64,000 bases of DNA. Origin: an uncultured Chloroflexia bacterium. GTDB lineage: Bacteria > Chloroflexota > Limnocylindria > QHBO01. Shown in pieces: positions 61,851-64,000 of the stretch. Positions within the stretch are counted from its first letter, which is position 1. Each line of letters begins with the position of its first letter. The stretch is from contig CAVWZA010000017.1 in the NCBI GenBank assembly GCA_963759405.1, positions 71,491 to 135,490 of the forward strand, read 5' to 3'. The translations under genes and the position numbers were made by a program. The notes below the pieces were generated by a model. That model was not told where the DNA came from and did not search any database. It worked only from the letters and a program-made list of their open reading frames with translations.

Positions 61851-64000
61851 TCGCCGTTCCCGAGGGCGTAGGCCACGGCCTGGTCGGCCGTCATGGCCTC
61901 GCCGGCCGCCCAGGCGTCAGCCAGGGCCGGATCGGCCTTGAGCTCACCGGGGAAGAACCCGAGCACGTCGCGGTTCCACTGGTTGAGGCCCGTCCCGCTG
62001 GTGCGTTCCAGCTTGGCGACCGCCGCCGACAGCCGCGCCGCGCGGTCACGATCGCCATTGCGGAGGGCCAGCAGGGCCACCGCGTCGAGGACGAGGGTGT
62101 AGCCGCTGACGTCCTGCGCCTCGGCAAAGATCTCGAGCGCCCGCAGCAGCCCGCGGCGCGCCTCGACAAGGTGTTCGGGGGTCCCGCGGTTCGACGGCAT
62201 CCTCGCTGAGCGCGGCGAGCCCGAGGGTGTATTCCACCCAGCCGACCATGAAGCGGTCGTCGACTGCCTCGAGGGCGGCAAGCGCCTCTCTGGCGTGTCG
62301 CACGGACTCCTCCAGGCGTCCGGTGCCCCAGGCCACGTTCGACAGAGCCCATTCACAGCGCCCGACACCGGCATCGTCTCCGATCTCCCGGAAGATGTCG
62401 CGGGCCTCGTTGACATACGCCCGGGCGCGATCGGCGTTGTCGTCCTCGAGCAGGCCACGGATCGACCACGTGAACGAGATGCCGTACAGCGCCTCGGCCA
62501 GCCCGCGCCGGTCGTTCAAGGCGCGGCGCGCCTCGATCTCCTGCTCGTAGAGGTCGCGAGCGTGATCTCCGTCGCCCAGCCAGTAGGCGACGCCGGCCGT
62601 GGCGCTCGAGCGCATCGGCCCGCTGCTGCGGGATGGTCGTGGCTCTGCGGCAGCGCCAGCGTCTGCTCGAGTCGCTCGAGCCCCTCCTGCAGGTATCCGC
62701 GCATCTGCCAGAACCGCCACAGCGCCGATCCCAGCCGCAGGGCCACGTCTGCCGCGCCGGTCTCGATTGCCCACGCGACGGCGGCACGCAGGTTGTCGTG
62801 ATCCTGCTCGATTCGGTCCAGCGTCGCGCCCTTGTCGGCCGCCATCACCTCGCCGGCCCAGCCCTCGGCCAGCGTGGCGAACAGCTCGGCGTGTCGCCTG
62901 CGCAGGTCCTCCCGGCCACCGCGAGCGGTGCTCTGCTCCAGCGCGAACTCGCGAATCGTCCCGAGCATTCCGAAGCGAGGCTCGCCGCCGATCCCCTCCG
63001 ACTGCCGGACGAGGCTCTTCTCCACCAGCGATCCGAGCGCATCGAGCACGTCGCCGGCGACCTCGCTGCCGCAGACCTCGCTCGATGGCCTCCAGCCCGC
63101 CGCCGCCGACGAACACCGACAGGCCCGCGAACAGCGCCCGCTCCGGCTCGTCGAGCATGTCGTGGCTCCAGGCGATCGCGCCGCGCAGCGTCTGCTGCCG
63201 TTCGGGCAGGTCGCGGGCGCCGCCGGCGAGCAGTCCCAGCCGGTTCTCGAGCCTGCTCAGCATCGACTTCGGGCGTGAAGATCCGGATGCGCGCCGCCGC
63301 CAGCTCGATGGCCAGCGGCAGCCCATCGAGGCGCACGCAGATCTCGGCCACGGCCGGTGCGTTGTCATTCGTGACGTCGAAATCGGGCTTCACGGAGCGC
63401 GCTCGCTCGATGAAGAGCGCTACTGCCTCGAACTGCGAGAGCTGCGTGAGTGGCGGCAGGTGGGCGGGATCGGGGAGGCCGAGCGGGGGAACCGGATATT
63501 CCTGCTCGCCGGAGACGTGGAGGATGCTGCGGCTGCTCGCCAGGACGACGAGGTTCGGGCAGGCAGCCAGGAGGGCGTTGATCGATGGCGCCGCGTCGGT
63601 CACCTGCTCGAAGTTGTCGAGGACGAGCAGCATGCGCCGCTCGCCGATGTGGTCGATCAGCCGATCGATCGAGCTCCGCCCGCCACGCTCGGGAAGGCCG
63701 AGCGCCTGGCCGATGGTGGCCGGCACGAGCTCCGGCTCGGTGATGGGCGCAAGCTCGACGAAGAAGACGCCCTGCGGGAAGGTGCCCAGGGAGCGGCCCG
63801 CCACCTCGAGGCTGAGGCGCGTCTTTCCCGTGCCGCCGGGCCCGGTGAGCGTCAGGAGCCGGTTGTCGGCCAGCAGTGCCGTGATCTCGCCGATCTCTCG
63901 CGCCCGTCCGAGGAAGGTCGTCAGCCGGCTCGGCAGGTTGTTCGGCACCGCGTCGAGCGACCCGATCGGCGCGAAGTCGCTCTCGAGATCCTCGACAACC
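61847..64000 (-). CDS. STAND-type NB-ARC ATPase + TPR protein (probably with N-terminal adenylate cyclase domain outside window); 5'-truncated, frameshifted
   Basis: NNLPSRLTTFLGR, LTGPGGTGKTRL, LLVLDNFEQ, ICVRLDGLPLAIELAAAR, RQQTLRGAIAWS, DHDNLRAA, TPR-like helices, MTADQAVAYAL. Confidence 0.85.

Overview
High-GC bacterial DNA with dense, mostly housekeeping and accessory genes. Gene style suggests a Chloroflexota (Limnocylindria-like) or actinobacteria-like genome; this is inference only. Many single-base indels break otherwise intact genes, most densely at about 6.8-7.2 kb and 41.5-46.7 kb, which points to uncorrected long-read errors. The main finding is at the left edge (1-6808): a methylphosphonate biosynthesis locus. 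It contains the C-terminal cytidylyltransferase part of a probable PEP-mutase fusion, a second cytidylyltransferase in frame with a methylphosphonate synthase (2-His-1-Gln triad plus the Phe/Ile residues diagnostic of MpnS), phosphonopyruvate decarboxylase, phosphonoacetaldehyde reductase, an unannotated 58-aa YIDPGSG membrane peptide and an LtaS/sulfatase-like membrane transferase. Other blocks are a MarR-fusion/DrrAB-type exporter/peptidase locus, asd and hom, an F420 biosynthesis and utilisation cluster (cofD, cofC, cofE, LLM, PPOX), and a dispersed reductive pyrimidine-catabolism set with a TIGR03842-type F420 LLM in place of a visible dihydropyrimidine dehydrogenase. There is also an ECF sigma/anti-sigma/lipoprotein module with a repeated promoter motif visible in the DNA, transhydrogenase pntAB, several ABC transporters and a partial STAND ATPase. 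No rRNA, tRNA, CRISPR array or transposase was recognised.
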